From NCBI GenBank assembly GCA_964035545.1, contig OZ037765.1, positions 29,635,504 through 29,699,503 of the forward strand: DNA of 64,000 nucleotides. The letters are read 5' to 3'. Both the position numbers and the translations under genes were made by a program. Position 1 is the stretch's first letter, and each line of letters opens with the position of its first letter. The notes beneath the pieces are model-generated. The model did not search any database, was not told the origin of the DNA, and worked only from the letters and a program-made list of their open reading frames with translations. Source of the stretch: Bugula neritina (taxonomy: Eukaryota > Animalia > Bryozoa). Positions 1-26,347 of the stretch are shown here, one piece after another.

Positions 1-179
1 ATATCCAATTTCAATGATTGCATGTATAAAAACTCACTATTTCAGGTAATGTTCTTAAAACACTCCAATATGCTAATGATTACCTTTGGTGTGTGGGAAT
101 CCTTTTAAAGTAGATCTTTACACTTACTTGATAGGACATTTTATACATTATTACTTTGCTTAGTCTGAAGTTGTCTTAC

Positions 180-4226
<4,047 letters not shown>

Positions 4227-4270
4227 GACTGCTCTGAATATTTATGATACTTTGAGGTGTTAGACATGGG

Positions 4271-4278
4271 TTTATATA
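4271..4278 (-). promoter_or_regulatory. Candidate TATA box (TATATAAA) of copy A; also at 11141-11148 (copy B) and 18456-18463 (copy C)
   Basis: GATATATAAACCCAT is conserved 45-50 bp upstream of the ATG in all three paralogs, while sequence just upstream diverges. Confidence 0.55.
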
Positions 4279-4437
4279 TCATGCAGTTGTATTTCCTTGC
4301 GTAGTCTTCAGTCTCACCATGATTCCTTATAAAACAGTTAATGCTCTTTTAATGCCATGGGTCTTTCAGGTTCCTTGAAGATTTGATGATGGGAATTTTA
4401 TTGTCATTGGAATGACACCATGATTAGATACTTAATT

Positions 4438-4881
4438 GGGTTATTTTACTTTATTTATAGTATACATACATCAGCACATTATGACCAAAAACTAAAGTCT
4501 GCTCAAAATTCATTAAAATTTACTACATTATTTACTATATGGGGTAAATTCAGGTGCTGATTGTAACTATGCATTGTAGTAAAAACAGGCTAGGAGGAGG
4601 TTTTGCAACATTAAAGTGCTTAACGTCATTGTCATATGAGCTAAAGATATTTCTGCAGGCGTAGTGAAAAAACCATCACGCCTGCACATATCGGTTTACT
4701 AAAAAGTTAAGAACATATCTAAAATTAAGCAAAATTAGAACAAACTGTGATTATTCAGCTGTATTTGGGAATATTGTATAAGTTTGGGGCAATAAATCAT
4801 ATATTTTATCAGCTAAATTGTGAAAAATAGCTAAAAACTAGAGATCTCAAGTGTATATAAAATTAAGTATAAAATGGACCC
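4438..4881. mobile_element. MITE-like insertion (about 444 bp) upstream of copy A
   Basis: Absent at the paralogous site upstream of copy B (about 11275, TTAACTGCCATTTC). Imperfect TIRs GGGTTATTTTACTTTA / TAAGTATAAAATGGACCC; internal hairpin TGCAGGCGT...ACGCCTGCA; possible 3-bp TSD (ATT/TTT). Confidence 0.6.
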
Positions 4882-5869
4882 TTTGCCATTTCAATTAATT
4901 ACTGTTACAGAAAGCATCTTGGCAGTCAACAAGCTTAAACTACAAAATTACAAAGTAAATTTCAAACCTTCACAATAATTGCATGGATGATTAACTTTCA
5001 ATTTATAAATTAAGCAAAAACTACATTTTTTAAACTAATAAAACCTTCTTGTTTTATCGATTTGTAAAATCAGCTTACATTTTGACACAATAAAATTGGG
5101 AAACTCATCATTGCTGAATACCTGGTAGAATAATTAAACTGCATTAAATACAAATCCTTCATCATTCCTTTGGAAGTGTCTTTAGTTATGTCAACTTCTT
5201 CAGCTATTTTGGTTGTGGTATGTCCTACAGCCAACCTCTAACAACTAAATTATGTTCCAAATAAATTCTTTGACTCATTTCTTCAAAATATAATGATCAT
5301 CACGTATGTGTCATGTGCTTGCTAATAAGTAAACTTGTTTATATTTACTCTCCTGATGTCAGCTTTTGATTCATCTTTAATTACAATTTTATGCTCCCTT
5401 TCTTTATGTTAGTGAATCAATTGTTATGTTTATGCCTATTTAGAATTATAGTTGCATCATTTGTTGACATACATATAAATACCACTGTCACATTTTTATA
5501 AAATCAGTACTCTCCTGGACAAGCTATAATCTTGTTAGATATTTTACGCAGTTAAAACAAAAAGGTATTAGAACTAATACAATATATGTACCAGTTTATA
5601 GGTTGTTTTGCATTTTTCTTGCCAATATCAACAAAGTGGCATGATGGAATCTTCAAACAATCTGAGAAAATTGACTTATAGAAACGGCATTAATTGCTAC
5701 ATAAATTATAGTAAAAATATACAAACCATCATTCCATTTCTCTGGAAAGTATTTTTTCCTTTAAGAATATGTCTGTCTATATAATAATCTATACCATGTG
5801 TGTTTAAACAGCAGTAAGTTGAATGTATTACCATTTTACAATTACTTCTAATATACTTCTTCATGCTTA

Positions 5870-6390
5870 TATTTGGATAACAATTACTATGTTGCTAGTG
5901 AGTAGTAAAGATTATGTATGCTGCTATATATACAGCTGTTACAGATTCTGATTTGCAAAGAGCTCTAAAAGATTTATTCCGCGGAATCTCATATAGTTGT
6001 TCAGGCAAAGGAAACAGTGCTGTAACAGCAATTACAAAGTTGCTGTAAAATCTAGACAATCTATATAGCACTTTACATTATAGTGATTTGGTTTTTATTG
6101 GTTATTATTACCACAAGCTGGAATGTTGGTTATTTTAAGCAATATAATAACAATATTGTATACAAGACATGTATAACGCAGATAATGTTCATTATCTGAA
6201 ATATACATGCCATTGTAAGTTGTAAGTGGTAGTTTAAGTGTTGGTCAACCAATCACAACTCTCATTGAAAGGTCAACTTATGTAAGGTGGGGTAGAACTA
6301 CATGTGGGAACAACTCTCAATTATTATATGAAGGTTGAATCATACTCACTAATAATAAGTATTAAACCTGTTTTTGTTTTTAATATTCAC
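5870..6390 (+). pseudogene. Inverted remnant of the C4-like gene (intron 4 plus degenerate exon 5)
   Basis: 6243-6332 reads ...STYVRWGRTTCGNNSQLLYEG|GT on the + strand. 5950-6090 is the reverse complement of intron 4 sequence at about 1255-1390. Outer boundaries are approximate. Confidence 0.8.
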
Positions 6391-6996
6391 TGAGGGGAGA
6401 CTTTGCAGATTTGAGTGTTTTAGTGTTACTGAATAAGACATATACTAGTTCATAGAAAAACATTGTTCAGTACATTGAAATAGAATAAATAATTCCATTG
6501 CAATGGCTTAGGCCTTAGAGTGATTAGACTTTAGTATACTAGATCCTACAGTTAAAGAGGACAACTCCGTACTCGTAGCAGTGACCATTTTAGACTGGTA
6601 ATATGTCCATCAATTAGATAATTGAAAAGTTTTATACACACTGTCTACAGTCAAGTCACTGAATAAAGCTGAGCTATACCTGATATAATTCTCCAGAGTT
6701 ATTGAAATAACTTAACATAAGAAATACTCTGTATCAGCTCTCTGTCATGTTATTTTCAAAGCAACATCAGTGTGTGAATAAACCAGAGCAGTAACTGAAC
6801 TTTCAAAGGTTTTTTATTGCAAAAGTTTATTAGACAAATTCTACAATAAGGTGAAAAGAGCAAAGCTGTGCTTATAAAAAGACAAAAACATGCAGTACAA
6901 GTATTATAGGAAATTGTTTGTTGCAACATCTACATTTAGTGGCAAGGTTTAAATGTGTGTCTGTTGGTGGACTGAGTGAATACAATTTCAGCTCAA

Positions 6997-9900
6997 TTAT
7001 TTGGTACAGACAACACAAGTCAGCTCAGCATTTTCAAGATACGGTGGACAGTGTCCAGTAGAATCACAACTTGCTTTCTGGAAGTAGAATAAGGCACCAT
7101 TCTCATTTCCTGATCTGCCAGCAATTGCTTCAGGTTCAGCATCCATACATTCAAAGGCATAAGCTCTCTTATGACTATGGAGGCCAGCCATTAAATAACC
7201 CTCATACTCCTAGGAACAGAGGACAAACAAATGGTATGCAAAAAAATATTATTATTATTCTATTTTATTGCAGATGACACCAATAATGATGTAGTATAAA
7301 ACAAATCAATATTTATTAATTCTTCTAAAGTAAAAATGCTCTTCAAATGTATAATAACAAAATATTAACTTTGTTGTAATTGTTGACCTTTCTATGCTGA
7401 AAAAATTCTAATTAAAATAATGTGCTTCTGTTCTCATGAGTCATCTTTAAAAGTAGCTCTTAACTATAACACAGCTAAAGTGTTACCTACTTTATACAAT
7501 ACTTTGCTGATTTCGAAGTTGTCTTACCTTTGTCCAAGATGGAGGACAAGTTCTCTTAGCTGGAATCATTAGAGTTGCTGATCTTGTTGGAGCAAAGCAT
7601 CTTGCACAGGGAACATTGTGATTCTGCATAGCATTGGGGAATATAGAAGATCCAGTTTCATACTCTGCACCATACACCAAGGAACCAGTGCTACCAGAGT
7701 ATGTTGAATATTCTGGTTTTAATGGCAGACATTGGTAGTTTGATGCACCTCCTTCATGAGCATAGAAGGAACCCATAACAAAACCTGTGCATAATAACAG
7801 TATAGCACCAAAAAGTAGATTTAAGCAAAAAATTATAAGCAAGAGATAAGAATAGGGGTTTATACACTATTGCAAGCCTATGAAATACAAATTTAAAAGA
7901 AATTTTGACTGATCAAACCCTGAAATAGCAATCTGAAAGGATATATACTAGTAGTGTCTTTTAAACTGCCACGATTTATGCAAGAAACTAGCAACACAAG
8001 CGCGGCCACACCGTGATTACTCATTAATGTTCTAGTAATACTGTAATAGCTGCAACCTGCAAGGTCTCCCATTTTAGCAAAATATAAAAGTAGAAAACTG
8101 AGAAATTTTTTAAAATATCTGACTAGGAAGGATAAAAAACAAAACATGTAATACATATATAATTTATAATGAATATGATTAACCTTCATATAATAATTGA
8201 GAGTTGTTCCCACATGTAGTTCTACCCCACCTCACATAAGTTGACCCTCCAATGACAGTTGTGATTGGTTGACTATCACTTACATCATCATCATCTGAAA
8301 TACACACTGTCATTATATTTGCTTAAAATAACATTCCAGATATGTGAGACAGTTATTGTAAATTGTAAATTCTTTTGTTAATTACAGTTATTATCAAAGT
8401 AGCATGAAGAGATATTGTGAACTACTAGTATATTCAGTTTACTGCTGTGCACACCATGAGCTGAGTGCGCCCCACCCACACACACATGGTGCAGACAGAT
8501 TATATAACTTTAAAGAAGGAATACCTTTGAGAGAAGTGGGCTGATGGCTGTCAAGTTCTTCTTCAATACCCTCCAGTTTAGCTAAAGTTGCCTGCATTTT
8601 CATCAACAGTGCAAAACCAATGGATTCATTGAAACTCTGCAGCAAGTTATCTGTAAACCAAATCGACTGTTTATAGACATGTGTTTGTCTTCCTATATAG
8701 CTATGAAGCAATATCTGCAATCCATTACTTTTACACTGTAACTCTAAGGACAACTACATACTGCAGAATGAATATACCTAGTGAACATTCTAGATTCTCC
8801 ACGCTACGTGTCTTCATTGAACACATATGTATTATTTAACTATACCTAATTGGGGAAGGCCCATTGCTCCGAAGGCTCATTAGTCCGAAAATATATGCCT
8901 ATTACGCACTAACCGAAACAAGTTGTTATGCAAATTGCACCGTAAGATATTATTGCAATAGAAGTAAAATAGCTTTTAAAATTATTGATACTATTGCACA
9001 GCTTTTTTATTATAATTAGACTCTACTACGAATGGGAATTTATAAATAAAGCTTTCTTTGTCATCATTTGCCATCTTTGCATGCATATATACTGAGCTTA
9101 ATAATGCAATTTGGAATTTATGCTGAATATTCAATGTTAAGTTATATAATTTATTCTTGGAGGTAATGCAAGCAACGAAAAGCTCGAAAAGAAATAAAGC
9201 ATTAGCAAATAATTGTTCAAGTAAAAACATTACGATACTTTTTTGACCAATTACAATACAATACATATAGGCTTACAAACCAAAAGCAATAACAGTTTTA
9301 TATTTTAATAAGCAATCACATTCGGAGAAATGGACCTTTGGACTAATGGGTCTTCGGAATATTGAATAGTCACCCAATCACCTACCTAATGTCACATATA
9401 AATAGAGAAGAAATATTATAAATGGAATAGATGCTACAGTAACACTTCACCTGTATCATAAGACTTCAGTGGACTTCTATCAGCAGTAGTGCTAGCAGTA
9501 GATGAAGTCTCACCACTATTCTTTGATTCATTAAAAACCATTTCTACAAGTTTTTCTAACTCATCTGAATCACAATCTCTTCCATCTCTTCCATCTCTAC
9601 CATCTCTTCCTGGAGGTCCTCTTAGTAAGGAAAGATCTTCTGTAAACATGTGAATATTATATTGTGGTAATAGCCTTTCACAGAGAACACATTATCACAT
9701 ATTACTGTAATCCCAATAGATATTTTATACTATAATGACCAGGTATGGTAAGAGTGTATTGATGGCCATTACTTTTCACAATAAAAAAATAATGTTGTAA
9801 TGCATCTATTAAATCTTTCAATTGACAACAAATTTATGCAAGCAGCAATATTTTTTAAAGCTCATTTTGAAGACAACATTAGCTTTCTAGCAAATGGAAA

Positions 9901-11096
9901 TACAATTATTTTTAAAATTAAACTTTGTTTTAGCTGACATAGCTACAATATTAGTCAGACTGTTCCTGTGTAGCCTACAAACTTATTCAAAAAATGCCAT
10001 TAGATATAAGAATGATGCAAATAGTTTAAAAAATCATAAGCATTTATATGAAACGTTTTACTACTTTTTAAAACAACTTAGAAGGATAAAAGTGTCCTAT
10101 AATGAATTTAATAAAGTTAAATAATAATTTAATAAAGGATAAATTTGAGAATCATCTTTCATTCTTCAAAATTACATTATATGACTACCGCATTTTGAAA
10201 AGTAAATTATATTTGTGTATTTATGCTCACATTTTTAATATACAAAATACTGGTGGAAGACTTATAAATAAAGCAATGGTAGCAGCTAAATAAAAACATT
10301 TACTACCAGGTTTGCTCCATATTATAACTATTTTAGTTTTTAGCATTAAAATAATAGTAATACTGTAATTTATTCTGAATTATTTCTCTTTTAGAATATT
10401 AACAAGCTTAATATATTGAAAACTTTTCCATCTAGAATTTAGATGTTATACTCTTGAATAAGGAGCAAAGACACTTATATATTGGTGTGATATATACTCT
10501 TTGTTTACTTAGTGGCAATAGTTATTTTATTACACGATTCTCTTACTGTAAAACTGTAAAAGTTTGAAGTTATAAGACACGATATTACCAACACTTTACT
10601 ACTTACCAGTTATAAAAGACTTGAATTTGCATGCTTTAAAAATTCTACACCGTGTTGTGAAAAACTAGGTGAAACTTACGTGGTGTGAGCTGAGTAAGAA
10701 CATCTTCAAGGTCAGCTGCACTGTTGGCACTTCTTTTGTTAAGTGAATGCACTGCTGCTGCCTAGAAATACATGTATAAGAGGTTTCAAACAGCAACTGT
10801 AAGGCAGCTTAACTAAACCCATTAACATAATGACTGCATTGAATACAAACTAGATTATAAATTATAGCCAATTATTCTATAAATACAAGCTTGACCTGTG
10901 AATTTAAAGATTGGATGATTGAGTTGAGAAGCCGCTGTTCTTCTTCAATTTCTACCAATCTCACTCCAATGTAGCAAGTTAGACTGAGAGCCACCACAGA
11001 GAGGATCAACGCTAAAACTGTAACTGTGGGTGCTACCCAGCTCCTCCCTATTTTTTGCTTGTGTATAGCTATGAACTCAGGCCTTTCTGCTTCCAT
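6997..11096 (-). CDS. Short-chain collagen C4-like type II membrane protein, copy B, intact, 392 aa. Exons 11096-10896, 10761-10680, 9639-9451, 8650-8525, 8294-8184, 7784-7528, 7209-6997
   Basis: Exons sum to 1179 nt, open and phase-compatible. C-terminal domain ends EYEGYLMA...FECMDAEPE...NGALFYFQKASC...CPPY...ELTCVVCTK, typical of short-chain collagen C4 proteins. AATAAA on the minus strand at 6813-6818. Confidence 0.92.
8851..9382. mobile_element. Non-autonomous DNA-transposon-like insertion (about 530 bp) in intron 3 of copy B
   Basis: Absent in copies A and C (C reads TATACCTAATGTCACA uninterrupted). Flanked by the direct repeat TACCTAAT (8843-8850, 9383-9390). Inverted subterminal repeats of the CCGAAGRCYCATTAGTCC type at both ends. 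Confidence 0.75.
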
Positions 11097-12116
11097 GACT
11101 GCTCTGAATATTTATGATACTTTGAGGTGTTGGAAATGGGTTTATATATCTCTTGTCTAGTTATTATAATTCATAAAACCGTTTATGCTGTTTTAATGCC
11201 AAGTCTTTCAAGTTTGTTGAAGATTTGATGATGGCAATTTTATTGTCATTGAAAAGACAGTATGACTAGACATTTAACTGCCATTTCAATTAATTACTAT
11301 TACAGAAAGTAATTTGACAGTTCACAAATTTAATGCTGAAAATATCGAAGTAAATTTCAAGCCTTTCACAATAATTAGATGATTAACTTTCAATTTCTGA
11401 ATTAAATAAAAACTACATTTTTTAGACTAATAATTTCTTTCTGTTTTACCAATTGGCAAAAGGAGCTTTAGATCAAAATATTTTGACACAATAAAATTGG
11501 GAAACTCATCATTGTTGAATACCTGATAGAATAATTAAACTGAATTAAATACGGATCATTCTTTTGGAAGTGTTTTTAGTCATGTAGGGCACACCACAAC
11601 CAGCTATTTTGGTTGTGGTGTGCCCTACAGCCAACCTCCAACAACTAAATTATGTTTGAAATATTTTCTTTGATCCACCTCTTTAAAATATAATGTACAT
11701 CACACATGTACCTGTTTATTATAGGTTGATTCATTCAAAGACTATAATCTAATTATGTATGTCTTGCCAACATCAAGAAAATGGCCATGCATGATGGAAT
11801 CTTCAAACAATCTGAAACACTTGGCCTAGAAAAACAACAACTGCTATATAAATTATAATAGCTGTATACAAGGAAACACAAGCTATCAGTTTAATAGTCT
11901 GGAAGGTATTTTTTGGTTAAAGTATATGATCTTAAATAGATTTGTCTATACCATGTGTTTGTAAACAGCAGTAAGTTGAATATATCACTATTCCACAATT
12001 CTTTGTAACGCTTCTTCATGCTATTTGGATAATAAAATTGTAATGGAAGGATTGCTAAGTATTTGCAAAAGTTATTTCTAGTAAATACTATAATCTTACA
12101 TACATGTATGACATGT

Positions 12117-12815
12117 ATATTTCAGATGATGATGTAAGTGATAGTCAACCAATCACAACTGTTATTGGAGGGTCAACTTATGTGAGGTGGGGTAGAACTA
12201 CATGTGGGAACAACTTTTAATTATTATATGAAGGTTGAATAATACTCATTATTAATTAATAATTACATGTATTAAACCTGCTTTTTTTTATATATTTTAT
12301 GTTTATATATTTAAAAAATGTCTTAGTTTACTATTTTTGGATATTTTCTTAAAATGAACGACCTAACAGATGGAGCCATGTGGATAATATGGTATTAATA
12401 GAATGAATGCACAGTCACATGTGTGACTGCATGTATTTGCAGCTGTTTTCTTACATAAAACATGACAGCTTGAAAAGTACCACTAATATATAGACATTCA
12501 TCTGTATGTATTCCTTTCTGCTTTCTTTCTCCTTTCAGAGTGCGAAATAGTAAAAGATTTCTGATTACATTTATTTCAGAGGCTTACAACAGTGTATCCA
12601 TCGATCATTATTTCTTTCCATTTGCTTTGGGATATAACTCTCACAACCAAGTTATTCATACTGTTAGATTTAATATTTGGTGTTGTGCTGTTACTACTCA
12701 CAGGTTTTGTTATTGGTTCCCACTATACTAATGGGGGAGGAGCATCAAACTACCAATGTTTATCATTAAGGCCAGAATATTCAACTTACTCTGGTATAGT
12801 ACTATAGTTCCTTGG
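12117..12815 (+). pseudogene. Inverted remnant of the C4-like gene (exon 5, intron 5, 5' part of exon 6)
   Basis: Exon 5 at 12126-12233 with an in-frame TAA (CAA in intact copies). Exon 6 starts near 12703 (GFVIGSHYTNGGGASNYQCLSLRPEYSTYSG) and breaks off. The intron is retained. Confidence 0.88.
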
Positions 12816-13282
12816 TAAATCGAGACAACTTTAAAATCAGTAAAGTAGTACATAAACGTCAATCAGTGAAGTATTATATAAATTAATCGATATATATGTC
12901 AGTACTATACTTTCAAAGGATTTTTTTTCCTAAAACGTTTATATATAAAATAAATTGTAACAAAACTGCTGTAAAAAAGTGTACTTTGCTATTTGATGCA
13001 ACTAGAGCAATAAAATCTAAGTTCCAATCATTTGACAAAATATTATGTTACTATTCAGTGATTGACCCCTTACCCGAAAGCAATAATGACAGAATATTAT
13101 GCAAAGCCTCTCTAAACCTGGCAATTAACAAAATAGTACACTGGAAAAAACATTTTTCTGGCTTTTTGGATCTTATAGTTAAAGAGGACAACTCCATTTG
13201 TGTAGCAATGCACCGTTCAGCCAATATTTGACTGGTAATCTGCCAATCAGTTAAGTAATAATTGAACAGTTTTATACACAAT

Positions 13283-13585
13283 CCCCCTATTCACACTTAT
13301 ACTGTATCGTACGCCGTAACAGCAAATATCAGCCACTTTTACAAATGTCTGAGCCTCCTGTACGGTGTTTCGGTACGGTAGGATCAAGCATTGCTTGATT
13401 CAAATAAGTTGCGGCGGACTCCTATTGGACAAAAAAACTGTTGCGTTAATTCATTGGATATAATTGTCCAATGAAGTGTTATAGATCGTACCTAATAGCG
13501 GAGTTTGAAAACTTCAGCCCGGACACATTAAAAATGGCTGATATTTTATGTTACGACGCACATTACGGTAAGTGTGAATGAGGGG
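13283..13585. mobile_element. MITE, 303 bp, PIF/Harbinger-like
   Basis: About 70-bp imperfect TIRs (CCCCCTATTCACACTTA...GTAAC...AATATCAGCCA). AAT on both sides (13280-13282, 13586-13588). Empty paralogous site at 6631-6650 (TTTATACACACTGTCTACAG). Superfamily is inferred only from the 3-bp TSD. Confidence 0.85.
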
Positions 13586-13951
13586 AATGTCTACAGTCAA
13601 CTCACTGAATAAGGCTTAGCTATAATTTGTACCTGATACTCTTTAGACTGTTTGCAACAACTTTTAACATCAGAGATAGCTTTGTACTAACTCCATGTCA
13701 TATCTGTTTCAATACAGTACCAGTCTATGAACAAACTAGAGCAGCAACTAAACTTTCAAAAGTTTATTATTGTAAAAGTTTAATAGACAGGCTATTATAA
13801 ATCATGCGAGTAAAAATAAAAAAGCTGTGTTTTCTAGAAAGATAAAAGCAGTATTTAATTGGAAATTGTTTGTTGCAAAACCTACACTTTGTGGTTCGAA
13901 TGTATCTGTAGGTGACTGAGTAAGCAGTGTAAATATGAGGTTTTGACTCAA

Positions 13952-18407
<4,456 letters not shown>

Positions 18408-20886
18408 GACTGCTCTATCTGCACGTTTATGATACTCTGAGGTGTTAGACATGGGTTTATATATCTCTGGTGTTTTTTTGTATAATCTTACTAAATAATT
18501 CATAGAACAGTTAATGCTGTTTACATGCCAAGTCTTTCAGATTGTTTGAAGATTCCGTGGTGGTCATTTTATTTAATAATGACAACATAATGCTTTTACT
18601 AGAAATTTATGATGTGTTTTGACAGCTACAAAAGTGAAAATTAGTTTAATGCTGCAGATAATTTGTGTAAATTACAAGCTTTATATAGAACAATTGGCAA
18701 ATAATTTAAAATATTATTGAAAAAAACTATATTTATAAAAATTGTGTGATAAAAGTTTTCTGCTTTATTAATTTTGCTGTGAATACTTGTACTGATCAAA
18801 CAGCAAAAAAATGTTGAAAACCAAAAATTTTGATTCGATAACAGTGTACCGAGACTATTAATACACATCAAACAGCAAAAAAAGCTATAGATCAAAACTT
18901 GTTGATACACTAATATCGGAAAACTCATCATTGCTAAATTATAACTGATAGAATGAATTGAATCAAATACAGATCCTTAATTATTTTTTCAAACCGTTCC
19001 TAGCTGTGCTAGATTCTTCAGTTATAACGTACATCCTACAGGCAATCTTAAAAGAATAAACTGTGTTTTGTAGCATCAGAATAAAAGTATTTCTTGTTCA
19101 TTCAAAACATTTTATTGTACCATTAGTTGCATCTAATCTCTTGCAAATTAAAAGCCCCCCCCCCTCCCAGTATTGATCATATATAACTTTTGTTTGACGA
19201 ATCTGAAGGAGATGCTACATAGTTTTTTTCTGTATTTCTTGCCCTTTATTAACTGGTAGAAGCTTTGAAAGTGTTTATGAAAGTTTGTGTAAAGTTTTAG
19301 AGGCACATAGTTTAGCCCTCACTACTTGCCCATAAAGCTTTTAGTCAGTTAAATTATCACTTATAATAATTATGCTATCCATGTTAAGAAGAGAAAAAGT
19401 GTTTTAAGGTGAGATAAAAGGGACTGTACGTGATAAGTGAGCTAAATGCAATTAAGCAACCTAGGTTACAGAGATTACAGCTCTCTTCTATGAAAACTCT
19501 AGATAAACCTAACAGCACGCTGAGTTATTTGTACAAAGAGCAAGTGGATTGTAATATTTGTTCACTTTATTCTATTCTTCCACAAAGCTCCCTGACTCTA
19601 CACGCTGGTCTAGAATAAACATGTATATAAAACAGAATAATAATAAAATTATCATAATCAAAGTAGTTATTATAACTCATAGTAGGCAATGTCTCTTGAC
19701 TGCAATTACTATGACGCAACTCATAAAAATTGTACCAAGTGTCATGAAACATAAGCAGAAAAACTTACACATTGCCATAAATCTTGCAAACATACGTATC
19801 TTCTGGTTGGTGCTTGAAAACTCAGCTACGAGGTAGGTGCAGTAAGAAAGATATTAGAAACCATACATAAGGATTTACAGCAAATGTTGGTATGCCTCAT
19901 CTAACCGGAGTGGAAGACCTTGTCACAAAATCCCATTTTTAGGAATCAAATGTTTTCTTATTACATCTAACTGCCAGATATGCATTCACAAGCTGATTGC
20001 TATATTGCCTCTACTTTTAGGTCAATTTGTTGTTATAATCCTTATTATATACGGTTTCAGCAAAAGTAAAAATGATTTGTAAGTATAGTGTTAATTTAAC
20101 TCATTCAAAAATAATTGAGTCATCTAGTTTTATTGCTGTTACAAACTCAATCCTAGGAATGATCCGATGATCACTTGCTGCATGCAGTTCAGCAAAGCCA
20201 TGTGTGAGAATGAAGTAGTACATGTGTTTTATTGCAGTCAAAAGCTAACTAACACAGCACACAGCTTTCCGGAATAAGTGGTGACCAACAAAAATCAAGT
20301 ATATATGCATCACATTGATTTAATATAAAGAAGAATGGCTATCATTCACAAACATAGACTTATAGTTTTTGTGGAGTCTTAGCTTTATTTCCACCCAACA
20401 AAATATATTTTCAGCTGCTTTAAATTACTATCAAAAGGTAGGCCTAGTATTAGAATAATTTTGAAAAGCCCATGTCATAAATGAGAAATATAGCAAAAGA
20501 AGTTATTTTCTAAAAAAAAGCTCTTCCTCCCACATCTCAAATCAAAAGTAAAGAGCTTAGAAATTTTTATGCGAAGATAACTCCTTTTGGTACATTTCTT
20601 ATGTAGAACACAGGCTCTTCCTACTTTCTCCATGGCTTCACCTGTTCAGTAGCTATATAAGCTGTACTTGAAATGATGTTAAGAAGAAAACAATAAATAT
20701 AATTTGCATTCATAACCCAAGCCTACTGATTCTCAATAACATATTATAAAGTATGAATAGAAATTTAATGCCTATGAATGAACAAGCAATTGTTGTAAAA
20801 CATAGATTGATTTTCAGTAGCACACAATACTTTCATATAAGCATGTGTATTATAAAGACTTGCAGCTGTAGTAATTGTGGAGAAAC

Positions 20887-26347
<5,461 letters not shown>

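Noticed and set aside
18408-18503. 32-aa N-terminal extension of copy C
   Set aside because: Not in frame in copies A or B, and it overlaps the conserved TATA-like box.
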